From contig CM052817.1 of the NCBI GenBank assembly GCA_028534125.1, positions 68,760,001 to 68,824,000 of the forward strand: a DNA stretch of 64,000 nt. Direction: 5' to 3'. This document shows positions 37,521 through 49,925 of the stretch, in pieces (the stretch's first letter is position 1; every line of letters starts with the position of its first letter). Source of the DNA: Lama glama (taxonomy: Eukaryota). Position numbers and translations under genes: made by a program. The notes beneath the pieces were generated by a model. That model did no database searches and was not told where the DNA came from. It saw nothing but the letters and a program-made list of their open reading frames with translations.

Positions 37521-40500
37521 TTCTGTACGATTCTAGTGATTTCCGTTTCTTCAGTTTGCCTTTTGGTACACTGGAAAGACAGAACTTATGTAAAACAATT
37601 CTTTTCTCTCAGTTTCTGTTATCCAAGGTAACAGAGTTCTTATTCCTCCTTTTGCCCTCAAGCAACATCATGACCCTGTAGAGCTATAACAGCTATTCAC
37701 AGAGGAAAGAGGTTCTCCCTGGGTCATTTATAATATAAACTTCCCCCTACCAGGGCTTGTGCCCTGCCTTCTGGGACCCAGAAAGACATGGAAAACAGCC
37801 CTTCCTTCTTTAAAGAACAGTTTCTAAACAAAATCTGGTGAGATAGATAGCCAGAAATGTATAGGATCTCAGGTGTCCTGCATGACTTTTACCTTTGTAC
37901 ATTCAGAGGTGTGTGGTAAGTCATTTCTTGTTCCACTGTCAAACAAGGTGTTATGCAGGCAGAAAGCTGTAGGAATTATTGGAGTGATTCCTCCTAGTGT
38001 GCACACTCATATTAGCCTTAGGATGATTTCAAGTCTTAGGCTACCTATTAAAGTAATGGAAGAAATGCATAAGGCAAACCAGGCTTGGACCGATACTGTG
38101 GAGTTGGAGTTAGTAATATCTGAAAACTTGTCTGCCTTTTCTTTGGTTATAGTAAGTCTTACTGATTTTTGTATTGAAAAGACTCTTGGCTTCTGATTTT
38201 AACATGCTTCCTCTGGAATTGCACTAAAGTAGAATTTCTATGAAGGGTATTTTATTTGATTCTACTAACTGAGCATCAGTTGTGTGCTGGGTAATAAAGT
38301 CAGTGTTTAACAGAAATAACTCCTCCCTTTGGGAACTTACACAAAATGTAGGCATGGCAGGGCAACATTACACGTTTTTCTACATAATTAGAGCTACCTA
38401 GGAAAAGTGTATTTCATCATACACTCTATAGAAGATTCTTTGGCTGAGAACCTTTTATAAGGGATTAATCTTCAGATGAATTCTCCTTCCTCCCACCAGA
38501 TGTGTATTTCTCTTACAGACATTCCCTAATAATTCAGTACTTTATACAGTAAAATAACTTCATTGAGGTAGAGAATCCTTTCTGTATCCCAAGGATTGAT
38601 TTTTGCATTAAACACCTAGTCATACATAGAATGTCAATATCTGTGTGTTTCTGTGGATGATTAGAGTACTGTGAGAGAGGTAAATGGGGAACATGATTTA
38701 TGACAAGTAGTAGTCTTATTAAAAATAAATAAATAAAAATATAGACAAAATAATATCTTATTCCAACCCTTGCATTTGCTAAACTGTCAGCTGTGTATTT
38801 ACTATATACCCATATTGAGCTCATTAACGTTTAAACACCTTTATTATCACCGCTTTGACTAACTCCTTGGAATGTTTATATGCTGTAAACAGTTCTGGTA
38901 TTCTTTGCAAACACATGCTGTAAAGGACCCCTTGGGTCCTGGTGCATTGCTTTTCCTTACCAAACATTTATTCTTTTTCAAACTAGGAACATGACCATTT
39001 TCCTTATACCACTTTCCAGTGTATGACAATAAAAGATACATACCCAAGGGGAAAATAAATTAAAGAGTCTTCCCTCTATTCAGCATCATTACACTATAAT
39101 AGGTAAACTATGAGCCTCCTTTGCACACTATCAAGATAGTCTTATTATCTCTCTGGAAGGGAACCATTTTGGCCTTATTTATTTCCCTAATTAATGTTGC
39201 ATCTGCAAGGCATATGTCTACTTTTTTACCACTGTTGCAACCACTTTAGTCTTCAGTGTATTTAAAACCAACTCTACCACCTGTGGCCACATTGAGGCGA
39301 TTTCTTCCATCTCAAGCTCACAATGTATACTTGTGGGCAAGCAGCCTGAAAGGAGAAGTGCGGGGGATGCTAACATGGTCCATATTTGTTAACAGCAACC
39401 TCCTTCTGGTGAATGAAGAGGGCTTAATCCCATGGAAGTATGGTTTCAATTTTTCATTGAAATTACAATCAAATGAGTTGCCAGCACACATTTTTCTTTG
39501 TCAGATGTTTCCCTTATGGTAGATTTGGAGCACTCTTGGGCCGGCTTATAAACCTTGTCCTCTGCCAATGTTGCTACAGATTCTTTTCTTTGTTTTCAAA
39601 TTAGTTTCATCTTTTTCTCGAAGAGGTGGATACATTTGATATACAGTAGTACCTGACAGGAAAATGTCTCTTCAACACTGACTTTTTGCAGGACTCTGAT
39701 GGAAGGGACGACACATTACTGGCTCTTCTGCTCTCTGTAGGGAACTCGGTATGATAAAAATCACAAGAGCCAAGGGCCTGCAATTTCCTGATTTTCTAGC
39801 ACTTATTAAAAGCGTATTTATCAAGGTTGACTTTTGGCTGCTGGTTGAACTGGCTCTCCTGGAAGGAATGACTTTTAGAGCTCTGCTTTGGGAACAGGGG
39901 ATCCTATGCACACTGCAGGACAAAGTAGTCTTGGGAATGATTGTACTGTTTTCAGACTCATGAAACCACAAGCTTCTCAGGAGAGCTGAACCCAAGTTGG
40001 AAATCATTCACCTCCTTTTCTTTGAGCAAGCAGTGTCAGAGAGAACAAGCAAAGGATAATAAAAAGACCAGTTGTTTTCATCTCTGGTCCCAGAACTATG
40101 TCCATATTGGGTGAGAATCTACATCAGAGAAACTAATGACACTGGGAATTGACCATGTTTTTGTTTTCAGCCCATCTCCAAGCAAAGGTGTGATGGAAAT
40201 GATTTGTCCTAAAGCTTTGGTCATGTGAATCTTATGGCAACTGTCAAACATTACCATCTGGACCAAATCATTTCTTTCTATATCTTTGCAGGTGTTACTT
40301 TCTAAGGTGACTGCCTTTGCTTTAACTGAAGGGGAGATGGGTCCTAAAAACAGAAATAGTGTAACTACTATTAATTCTATGACTTACTGGAGTAGGATTG
40401 TTCTAGTGAGTGTGTGTGTGTGTGTGTTAAATATATATATTAAAAAGACCCATAAGAAGAGAAAGAAAAGAGGTGTAAGTTAACATGATTTTATGAAGGG

Positions 40501-40624
40501 AGAACTAGGAAGGAAGTAGCAAGGCCTGGGCTCAGTCTGGGCTTTGCTCCTGAAATCACATGTGACTAAGATGAAAAAGACATACCCCATTCCTTCTAAG
40601 AAGTCCACCATTTTATAGGAGAGA

Positions 40625-40900
40625 TTCATTCTTTCTTTCATGTAAGTGTTCAACAAACATTCATTTCACACCCTGTGCTAGATATTGGGAATACAGAGAT
40701 GAAAAAGCGTAGTTTTTACCTGTCTTCAAGGATCTTTTTTATTTACTCTAGAGATAGATAAGTAAATAGTTAAGATCTGTGATAAATACTTGGTGAGTGG
40801 AAAGCCCTGGGAACTACGGTGGGGTTGGTGTCAGGGGAGATTTCTCAGAGGAAATGACATTTGGTTTGAGTTCTCTACATAAATAATGAAAGGGGTGAAT
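40625..40900 (-). mobile_element. L2 3' part
   Basis: ttcaacaaacatt..ctgtgctagatattgggaatacagagatgaa..gtcaggggagatttctcagaggaaatgacattt. Confidence 0.75.
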
Positions 40901-41144
40901 GAATGTGTGAAATGTGTGGATTGAGGTTTGGGAGTGAGGGGCAGATGCCAGATGACATTCAGGAAGATGTGATTTTAAAGGACCTGAGGCACATTTCTGG
41001 GTAGGATATTCTTTAAGTATAAATGGATACTTATCCATTTATTAGTATTAGTTGATTGTTCATTTTCTCTTATATATTTGTGAAGAAGAGTTTTCAGGGG
41101 CTTCTTCAAAGGTTACCCCTCTTAGTCTTGTGCTGAGTCTCTAA

Positions 41145-41500
41145 AGTACTAAACTACTACCATTTACTATCACCACTAAAAACAATCACAAATCACAGCG
41201 ATCACCACCACCGTTTACTGTAAATACAACAAACATCTCTGTTACTATCACCATCCAAAACAACCACTAAAACTATTACCATCACTATTACCACTGCTGC
41301 CATCATCACTGCAGTCAGTACCACTACCCTATTACTATTGCCATCAGCAACAACCACTAACACTGTCACCATGACTACCATCACCACCATCACTGCTGTA
41401 GCCTCAACCACCAGCATCATTACCACTACTACCGCCATGAGCACGGGTTCCATGGCTAGCACTACCAGCATCACCACCATTACCACTACATTATTAGCAC
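41145..41500. repeat. Degenerate (ACC/ACT/CAT)n trinucleotide low-complexity array
   Basis: Read directly; it generates the Thr-rich and Val/Met-rich spurious ORFs. Confidence 0.9.
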
Positions 41501-42463
41501 CAACACTCCCATTCTCATTCCTGAAATAATTTTTCTAGATCTTCTGAGGCATCGTAATGGCACAATGATGCATTATGGGTGATATTGGTAGCCATTGTTA
41601 ATGTCAACTAGTGGGGCAGTTAATAAAAGCCTTTTTCACAATAGATAAAAGAGAATTCTCCAGGCTCATACAAGAAAACTGAACTTTAAATAAATCCTTC
41701 CCTAAAGGAACAAACAGCAATAACACACACTGCTACCCTTTATTTAAGGTATATTACCACAGGGATCCTCAATGTGTAGAGAACTATTTGAAATTTATTC
41801 CCTGGAGGAGATGAGAAAATAGGATGGCATGTTATTCACCTACGATGATGAGCTCATATGACTCCAGTACTTACCCTAAAAGCCTGTTCTTTCTGAAGAC
41901 TTTGCAGTTGAGGCTGAGAACACAAATATGTCATCTTATGAGATGAGCTCTGTGGTTAAAAGTGCCTCATTGTTTCTATCAGTTCTTATATATTAAAAGG
42001 TTACAGAAGCAGCTCAAGCCAGATAAAAGTGTGCCCAGGACAGAGTTGATGATGGAGGCAAGATAAAAATTGAAAGGGGATCGTGGTTTTCAAACATGTT
42101 TATGTGGCTGAATTCCAGGAAGTTGTCTTTTAAATTGAATTTGGAGGAAGTTTTCTCCAAGAAAAAGATGGGGAAAATAATTATACAATTTCTATTGCAG
42201 TATAAAAATCATAATCACAGTCATCTTTGGAGGGGAGAGCTGTTGAATTAGCACAGTAATTATTTCCAACATTTTCTTTAAGATCTACCTGCGTTTCTTC
42301 AGTTGTTTTGTCATCTGTTAGTACTCTTTATATCACTTAATGAAGATCCTTAAGACCACGACATCAAACTACTGAATGAATGCTATCTCTTGAGGACACC
42401 AGGAATTCTGTGCCTCAGTATCGGCCTTGGAGTCTGTCAACAACTGAAAATAGTAAGCAGCTA

Positions 42464-42473
42464 GTGACGTCAC
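42464..42473. promoter_or_regulatory. Perfect palindromic CRE motif GTGACGTCAC; function unproven
   Basis: TGACGTCA at 42465-42472 with its CpG intact. Confidence 0.3.
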
Positions 42474-43997
42474 AGAGGGCTCGTACTACAATAGATACAC
42501 GCACCTGGCCCAATGAAAGCACCTGAGATAGACATCCAGATAAAGTTTGACAGCATGAAGGGTATGGGCGAAAAGGAGTTTGAGTTAAATATCATCTATT
42601 GCACTTCTTAAAGGATGGGAAGGATTTTGCTAGAACGAGAAAGGTGCAGGGTAAGGAAGGAGGAAGGGTATTTTAGGCAAAAGGACAAAGGAGTATAAAA
42701 AAGTATAGTTCCAGGAACTTCTAAAGAGATCAATATGGTGGGGATACCACAGTAGATAAATCAAGAGCATGAAATTTAAAAAGTCACTGTCTGGAATCTT
42801 GATAGTAGGGTTCTAATAGCATTATCTTTAAAAGAATTATTCCATAGGGTTAAGGGGGAAAAAAAAGCTAGCCATTAATCCTAACCTGATTCAGAGGGTA
42901 CAGAATGCAAGCCCTGAAGGAATAATTTTTTCTGTGTGTAAAATTTGACCATAAGGAATTCTTAAATCATATTGAACTTTTGAAGGAATGAGATTTTTTT
43001 CTTTTTTCTTTTGTTCTTTCTGATTAAAGCCATACTTTAAAAAATTTTTTCTTAAGAACAGGAAATTTGGAAAGTGATTAATTCATACTATGGTCCAATT
43101 ATTTTAAGATATGTGGAAGGAAAATGTAAACAAAAGAGAAGATACACCATTTTTGTCACGGGATGTGGTGGGGGGATGGGAAGAGGCCAGTTTGTTCATT
43201 CGGCTGTGTCCAGCTGTGGACTGCCCTACGGGATGCATCTTGGAAAATTTACCCTGAGACCCACGGAAACAAATCTTACTTGTGATGGAAGCTGCAGGAG
43301 AGGATTTAGAAACAATCATCATACCTAGAAGTAGATATGAGGAAACTTCTATGAAGAAAATTTCACTCAACTAAATCTTAAAGCAAATATTTGTCAAGTA
43401 GAAAAGGCAGAGAACTTAATTACAGAGGCTCCAAGAATGGCTGTGGAGTGAGAACCTCAAAAATGGAAAGTTGTGGCTGGCTTTCACAATTTTGCCCCCA
43501 GGATTCACCTTTAAATTGGGCAATTGTTCAACACTGGCTGGAGGAGAACTCTTTTCTCTTTTCAATCCTCAGACCCAAGTGTGGACACACCCACTGACTC
43601 TTAATTCCCTATATCCCTCTAGAAACCAGACAGTAGCAGTTAGGCTTTCAAAAAGATGTGTTGATGGTGGCTTTTCAAATAAGGGCATAACTAACAATAA
43701 AAAGTGAAAGAGTCTGTCTTATCAGACACCTTGCTCCTTGGAGACCACTCCACCTGTCCTATTATATATTCCAGGGAGAAAGCATGTGCAGAGTCTCAGT
43801 CTTTTGAGTCTAAGCTTCAATTAAGTCTTCTTTAATCTTTCTTAATCTCTTGTCCAGCTGTCGTGGAGGACTAAAGAAAGTGTGCTGTGTTCAAGTTTTC
43901 AGGAGAGCAGTAGTCTCTGAGCCTAAAAAGCAGGAAGGTTCATTATTCCCAATATGTAATTACAACGTAATGCTCCTTTTGCTGAGTGTAATGGTGC

Positions 43998-44047
43998 TAG
44001 GGTGGGTGACCAACTTGTTCCAGTTTGCCTGGGACTGTCTCAGTTTT
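43998..44047. mobile_element. MER81-like hAT-Blackjack MITE, left half
   Basis: gggtgaccaacttgttccagtttgcctgggactgtctcagtttt. Confidence 0.75.
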
Positions 44048-45563
44048 TGTTTATTTTTTAAATTGTGGTAGGAAACACATAACATAAAATTTATCTCTTA
44101 ACCATTTTTAAGTGCAAAAATCAGTAGTATTAAGTATATTCACATTGCTGTAAAGCAGATCTCCAGAACTTTTTCAGCTTGCAGATCTGAAATTCTATAG
44201 CCATTAAACAAATCCCCTTCTCCCCTTTTCCTAAACCCCTTGTAACCACCATTCTACTTTCTATGAATCTGACTACTTTGGATGCCTCATATAAGTGAAA
44301 TCATGCAGTATTTGTCATTTTGTAATTGGTTTATTTCACTTAGCATAATATCCTCAGTATTCACCCATGTTGTAGCATAAGACAGGATTTCTTTCCTTTT
44401 TAAGGCTGAATAATATTCCATTGTATGTGTATACTAAATTTTGTTTAAGCCATTTATCCCTCAGTGGAATTTGGGTTGCTCTACCTCTTTGCTATTGTGA
44501 ATAGTGCTATAAATATGGATATGCAAATGTGTCTTCATGACTGCTTTCAATTCTTTTGGATCTATACCCAGAAGTGTGATTGCTGTACCATATGGTAATT
44601 CTATTTTTAATTTTTGAGGGACCTTCATACTGCTTTCCATAACTGTTGCACTAGTTTACAATCCCACCAACAGTGTACAAGTGTTCCAATTTCTCTTCAT
44701 CCTCACCTTGTGATTTTTTTTTCTTTTTTGATAGTAGTCACCCTGATCCGTACCAGGTGATACTTTGTTGTAGTTTTCATTTCTCTGCTGTTTTGTGATG
44801 TTAAACATCTTTTCATATGCCTATTAACATTCATATATAATCTTTGAAGAAATGTCGAATTCTTTGCAGATTTTTCATTGGGTTATTGATTTTTTTGTTG
44901 TTGAGTTGTAGGAATTTTTAAAATATTACTGACAATAACCCCTTTATCAGATATATACGATTTGTAAATCCTTTGTCCCATTCCATAGATTGTCTTTTCA
45001 CTGTTAATTGTGTTCTGTAATGAGCAAATGTTTTTAAATTTAATGTAGTCCCATTTGTCTGTTTTTGCCATTGTTGCCCGTGCATTATGTGCCACATCCA
45101 AGGAATAATTACCACGATCAAGATCTTGAAAATTCCCCCCCCCCTTTTTTTAATATTTCTGCAAAAAAAATGCCTTTGGAATTTTGAGAGATTATGTTGA
45201 ATCTGTAGAGGACTTTGGGTAGTATGAATATATTAATTGTCTTCTATTGTCTTCTATTCCATTGACACAGAATTCTTTCCACTTACCTGTGTTTTCTGTA
45301 AAATTTTTCAGCAATGTTTTATAGTTTTTTAGTATACAGATGCTTTACTTCATTGGTAAGATTTATTTCTGAGTATTTTATTCTTTCTGAAGCTATTTTA
45401 ATTGGAATTGTTTTCAAAATTTCCTTCTTAGTTTATTGTTAACATATAGAAATGCAAGTGATTTTTATATATTGATTTGACATCCTGCAACTTTGCTGAA
45501 TTTGCTTATTAATTCTAATAGGGTTTTGTTTTGAAATCTTTAGAGTTTTCTACGTAGGAGCAT
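44048..45563 (-). mobile_element. L1MB-type L1, 5'-truncated, inserted in MER81
   Basis: 3'UTR like that at 1935-2440; ORF 44883-45101 ARATMAKTDKWDYIKFK..YISDKG = ORF2; TSD TCTCAGTTTT(44038-47)/TCTGAGTTTT(45564-73). Confidence 0.88.
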
Positions 45564-45637
45564 TCTGAGTTTTAAAACAGTCCTGCATCCTGGAAAACTC
45601 CTCAGGACTGGACAAACTAGCATAATTGGTTACTCTA
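45564..45637. mobile_element. MER81-like MITE, right half
   Basis: agtcctgcatcctggaaaactcctcag..ggacaaactag..ttggttactcta, inverted relative to the left end. Confidence 0.7.
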
Positions 45638-45689
45638 GGTGTTGCTAATATTGGTGGAGGAAAGTGATTATTGGTAGCAAGGCTGTGCA

Positions 45690-46775
45690 TTTTTTTAAAT
45701 TGAAATTTTTACTGAAAATTTTGTAGATTTTTATGTAGTTGATGAAATAATGCAGAGCAAGCCCATGTATCCTTTACCCAGTGGAAAATCTTGCAAAATT
45801 ATGTCACAGTCTGAATGTTGATATTGATATAGTCCACTGATTGAGATTTCACTAGTTTTACTTGTACTTTGTGCGTGTGTGTGTATTTGGTTCTATATAA
45901 CTTGTGTAAGTTTTGTGTCCCACAGCATAGTCAAGATATAGAACTGTTCCATCACTACTAGGATACCTTTGGTTTATTGTGCTTAGGTAATAACCACACC
46001 CAGCTCCCTCTATCCTTTCCACCTTCACCTTACCCCATCCTGTCCCTAATCGCTAGAAATCACTAATCTGTTCCTCTTTTCTAAAATTTTATCATTACCA
46101 AAATATATTTGTGTATATATGTATATGTGTGTGTGTCTTTTGAATCATACAGCACATAATTTGGTGGGATTTTTTTTCATTCAGCATAAACTGTGAGAAT
46201 TCATTCAAATTGCTGTCAGCATTAATAGTTTTTCCTTTTTATTGCTGAGTAGTCTTATGTGGTACATGTATTACATGGTACGTGTTGTATATATTACCAC
46301 AATTTGTTTAACCATTCTTCATATAGAATATCAATGTTTTTATCCTACATTCTGGGTATTATGAATAAAGCTGCCATAAACATCATCTATTCATTTTCTA
46401 TGTGAACATAAGTTTTTATTTCCATAGGATAAATGCTTAAGGGTGAAATTGCTGGGTCATATAGTAATTGAGTGTTTCACTTTATAAGAAATTGCCTATC
46501 TTTTTTCAGAGTGATTGCAACATTTACATTCCCACTAACAATGTATGAGTGATCCAGCTTCTCTGCCTCCTTGTCAGCATTTGATGTCACTATTTTTTTT
46601 TTACATAAGCCATTCTGACAGGTGTGTAGTGATAATTCATTGTGGTTTTGATTTGAATTGCCCTAATGGCTAATGATATTGAACATTTTCATGTACGAAC
46701 TTATCATTTTCAGATTCTCTTTTGTAAAATACCTGTTCATATCTTTGGCTTATTTTCCATTGGATTGTTCATACA
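45690..46775 (-). mobile_element. L1MC1-3-type 3' end and ORF2 C-terminus
   Basis: gaaataatgcagag..cccatgtatcctttaccca..atcttgcaaaattat; later ttgccctaatggctaatgatattgaacat. Confidence 0.8.
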
Positions 46776-46778
46776 AAT

Positions 46779-47737
46779 TTTTTTTTTTACTATTGAATTA
46801 CAGTCATTACAATGTGTCAGTTTCTGGTGTACAGTGCAATGTCCCAGTCATGCATATACATACATATATTTGTTTTCATACTCTTTTTCATTAAAGGTTA
46901 TTATAAGATATTGAATAGTTCCCTGTGCTGTACAGAAGTTTGTTGCTTTTAATTCATTTTTATGTATAGTGGCTAACATTTGAAAATTCCAAACTCCCAA
47001 GTTTATCCCTTCCCACCCCCATTCCCCAGATAATCATAAGATTGTTCACTATGTCTGCAAGTCTGTTTCTGTTTTGTAGATGAGTTCATTAGTGCCGTCT
47101 TTTTTTTTAGATTCCATATATGAGTGATATCATATGGTATTTTTCTTTCTCTTTCTGACTTACTTCACTTAGAATGATGATCTCTAGGTCCATCCATGTT
47201 GCTGAAAATGTCATGATTTTATTCTTTTTTTATGGCTGAGTAGCATTACATTGTATAAATATACCATATCTTCTTTATCCAGTCATCTGTTGATGGACGT
47301 TTTGGTTGCTTCCATGTCTTGGCTATTGTATATAGTGCTGCTATGAACATTGAGGTACATGTACCTTTTCAAATTAGAGTTGCCTCTGGGTATATGCCCA
47401 GGAGTGGGATTTCTGGATCATATGATAAATCTATTTTTAGTTTTTTGAGGAATCTCTGCACTGTTTTCCATAATGGCTGTACCAAGCTACATTCCTACCA
47501 GCAGTATATGAGGGTTCCCTTACTCCACATCCCCTCCAGCATTTATCGTTCATGGACTTTTGAATGATGGCCATTCTGACTGGTGTGAGGTGATACCTTA
47601 TTGTAGTTTTGATTTGCATTTCTCTGATAATTAGTGATATTGAGTATTTTCCCATGGGCCTGTTGGCCATTTGTATGTCTTCATTGAAAAATTGCTTGTT
47701 TAGGTCTTCTGCCCATTTTTGGTTGTTTTTTTTTTTT
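46779..47737 (-). mobile_element. Young camelid-type L1, 5'-truncated (~950 bp)
   Basis: T-tail, then tttctggtgtacagtgcaatgtcccagtcatgcatatacatac..; ORF 47437-47763 [35 protein letters not shown] = ORF2 C-terminal domain. Confidence 0.92.
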
Positions 47738-47739
47738 TG

Positions 47740-48240
47740 TAAAAAGATAGTCTTTTGTTTCATTGATGATCTCTATTGTTTTACTTACTTTCAATTTCCT
47801 TGATTTCTGCTTATCTTTAGTATTTCCTCCCCCCAACTTGTTTCAGCTTTATTTTTCTCTTTCTTTTCTAGATTTGTGAGTCAGGAACTTAGATTATTGA
47901 CTTGCAACCTTTGCTTATTTTTAATGTAAACATTTATTTAGTGCTAAAAATACCTTTCTTGGTGCTGCTGCTTTAGCTACAGCCCACATATTTTACATGT
48001 TGTATTTTCAATTTCATTCTGTTCACACATTTAAGCTTTTTCCTATTTCTCTTTGACCCTTAGATTATTTAGATGTGTTGCTTAATTGACACATGTTTAG
48101 AGATTTTCCTATTGATCTTCAGTTATTGATTTCTGGCTTGATTCTATTATTGTTAGAGAACACATTGTGTATTATTTAAATTCTTTTAAAATTTGTTGTG
48201 GCTTGTTTTAATGCCCAAAGTATTGTCTGTCTTGGTAACA
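47740..48240 (-). mobile_element. Old L1 ORF2 fragment, region just downstream of the endonuclease
   Basis: tttgtttcattgat..ttgatttctgct..cttagattattga..ctgctttagctacagcccacatatttt..gttgtattttcaatttcattc. Confidence 0.75.
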
Positions 48241-48879
48241 GAAGACCTGGACTTGAGTCCTGGCATCATATCTGGAAGTTGGATGCTATGTATTTACTCA
48301 CAACTTAGTGAGGAGACTGATGCTGAATACATGGAGCAAGAGAGAGTAGATGGTCTAGTGCTGTAGAGGAGTTTCATCTCAACCAATGATTTGAATGAGG
48401 ATGTTAAAGAGAGAAAACATAATTAGAGTGGAGTTGTGTTGCCTTAATCCAGAAAGAGAAAATTGTACTAGAGAAAGTCAGGATAAGAAGAGCAAAGTCA
48501 GAATCAGAAAAAAGCTTAGGTCAAAAAGGCAAAGAGGATGCATTAGGGGAGTATGTGGGAGTGGGGATGGTGAGAAGGTTGGAGCATGTTTCATAAAAGG
48601 GAATCAAAGAGTCAAAGATGATTCGGAGACATTTAAGTGTAAGTGACACACTCAAAATCAACTAGCAAGTAGCTGAGAATAAATGGCAGGCTTTCTCATT
48701 CTATAAGCATTGCTTTTGTTTTCCTCACAGGTTCTCCAAATATGTGGAAAATAAATAAACAAGATATGAAGCATCATGAAAAAGAAAAATACAAGTACTT
48801 TACAAAATTTAAAAGGAGTTTAGTAAAATTTAAGAAGGCCTCTGGTTGCAAACAACTCTGAGTCCTCCTTTGATAATTG

Positions 48880-49301
48880 AAGTAGTTTTATTTATACTAT
48901 AACCAATAAACCTGAAATCTCGGTAACTTATAACAACTCTTTCTTTTTTGTTCATGTTAAGTCTAGTCAGAGGTGATGGTAGTAGAGGGTGACCTCTGCT
49001 CCATGCTGTTACTCAGAAACTCAGGCTGAGCGAGACTCTTTTTCAATCCATGCCTTCCAAGTCTTTATAGGCATCAACTTCTGCTTCTGAACTGGGGAAA
49101 AAGAGAGAGTATATGATCATGTAGACAGTGTCTATGAGCCAAGCCTGGAGGTTCTGTACATCATTTCATCCACATTTCACTAGTTAGAAATTAATCAGAT
49201 GATAACATTCAAAATTAAAGGAAACCAGAGAATGCATCTTAGTTTCGGAGGTAGGAGAAACGGGAAATAATTTGGTGAACAGCTACCCAATCTGTGCCAC
49301 A
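48880..49301 (-). mobile_element. MLT1I/J-like MaLR LTR
   Basis: ctctgctccatgctgttactcag..ctcaggctga..ccaagcctggagg..tccacatttcactagttagaa..tttggtgaacagcta..tctgtgccaca. Confidence 0.75.
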
Positions 49302-49677
49302 TATTATCTATCCACCAGGACCTCTTTATATAGTGTATCTATATTACCAGGAGTCGTCCAATTGAAAATTATTGCCATATTCCTTGATTTTGTAAGCTGT
49401 TTTTGGAAAAGACTTTGTTAGCATTCCTAAAGTCTATGAATGGGAGTTTTAGTCCCCTGCTACAATAAAAAGTCTTAAAAGAAGTCATTGGTTGTGTTGG
49501 CAACATTAAGTGATGTCCAACTTATACGCAATAGGGCAAGTTCTCATTTAGCAGTAAAATAGCTCCCTTAGTTGTATGTATACTTTCCTTTTGTGATAAC
49601 ATATCCAGGTAGAACAAATGAGACAAGATGCTGAAAGGATTCTTCAGTGAAAATGATCTGGAACTACTGAATAAAAG

Positions 49678-49925
49678 TAATGTTTCTCAAAATGATCTTG
49701 TAGAAGAGTAGTACTTGGATATATTCCAAAGGGTAGAAAAAAGTGGTTCCTTACCCATAAAAGTTTAAAAAATCATGAAACTCAAATCTGTCTCGAGTAT
49801 TCACGATGCATGTGAACATATTAAGGACTCTAAATAATCCTGCCATAAAGAAATCTTTGGTTTTAACTTAGCTTTTCTAACACTTGTCATGGATCACTGT
49901 GTTTTAGTACCATACACTATTGTGA
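49678..49925. mobile_element. hAT-Charlie MITE (MER112/MER113 group)
   Basis: tgtttctcaaa..attcacgatgcatgtgaacatattaaggactct..tcctgccataaagaaa..taacttagctttt. Confidence 0.55.

Noticed and set aside
39672..40007. ORF containing SQKSTLINTLL, reminiscent of the septin/GTPase P-loop GKSTLINTLF
   Set aside because: It lacks the GxxxxGK glycines and any other GTPase motif; probably chance
41202..41529. Mucin-like Thr-rich and Val/Met-rich ORFs
   Set aside because: Translation of a degenerate trinucleotide repeat, with no gene context
47437..47763. 108-aa ORF with clear protein similarity
   Set aside because: L1 ORF2 C-terminus within a 5'-truncated L1, not a host gene; the same applies to ORFs at 24018, 32131, 44883 and 47319
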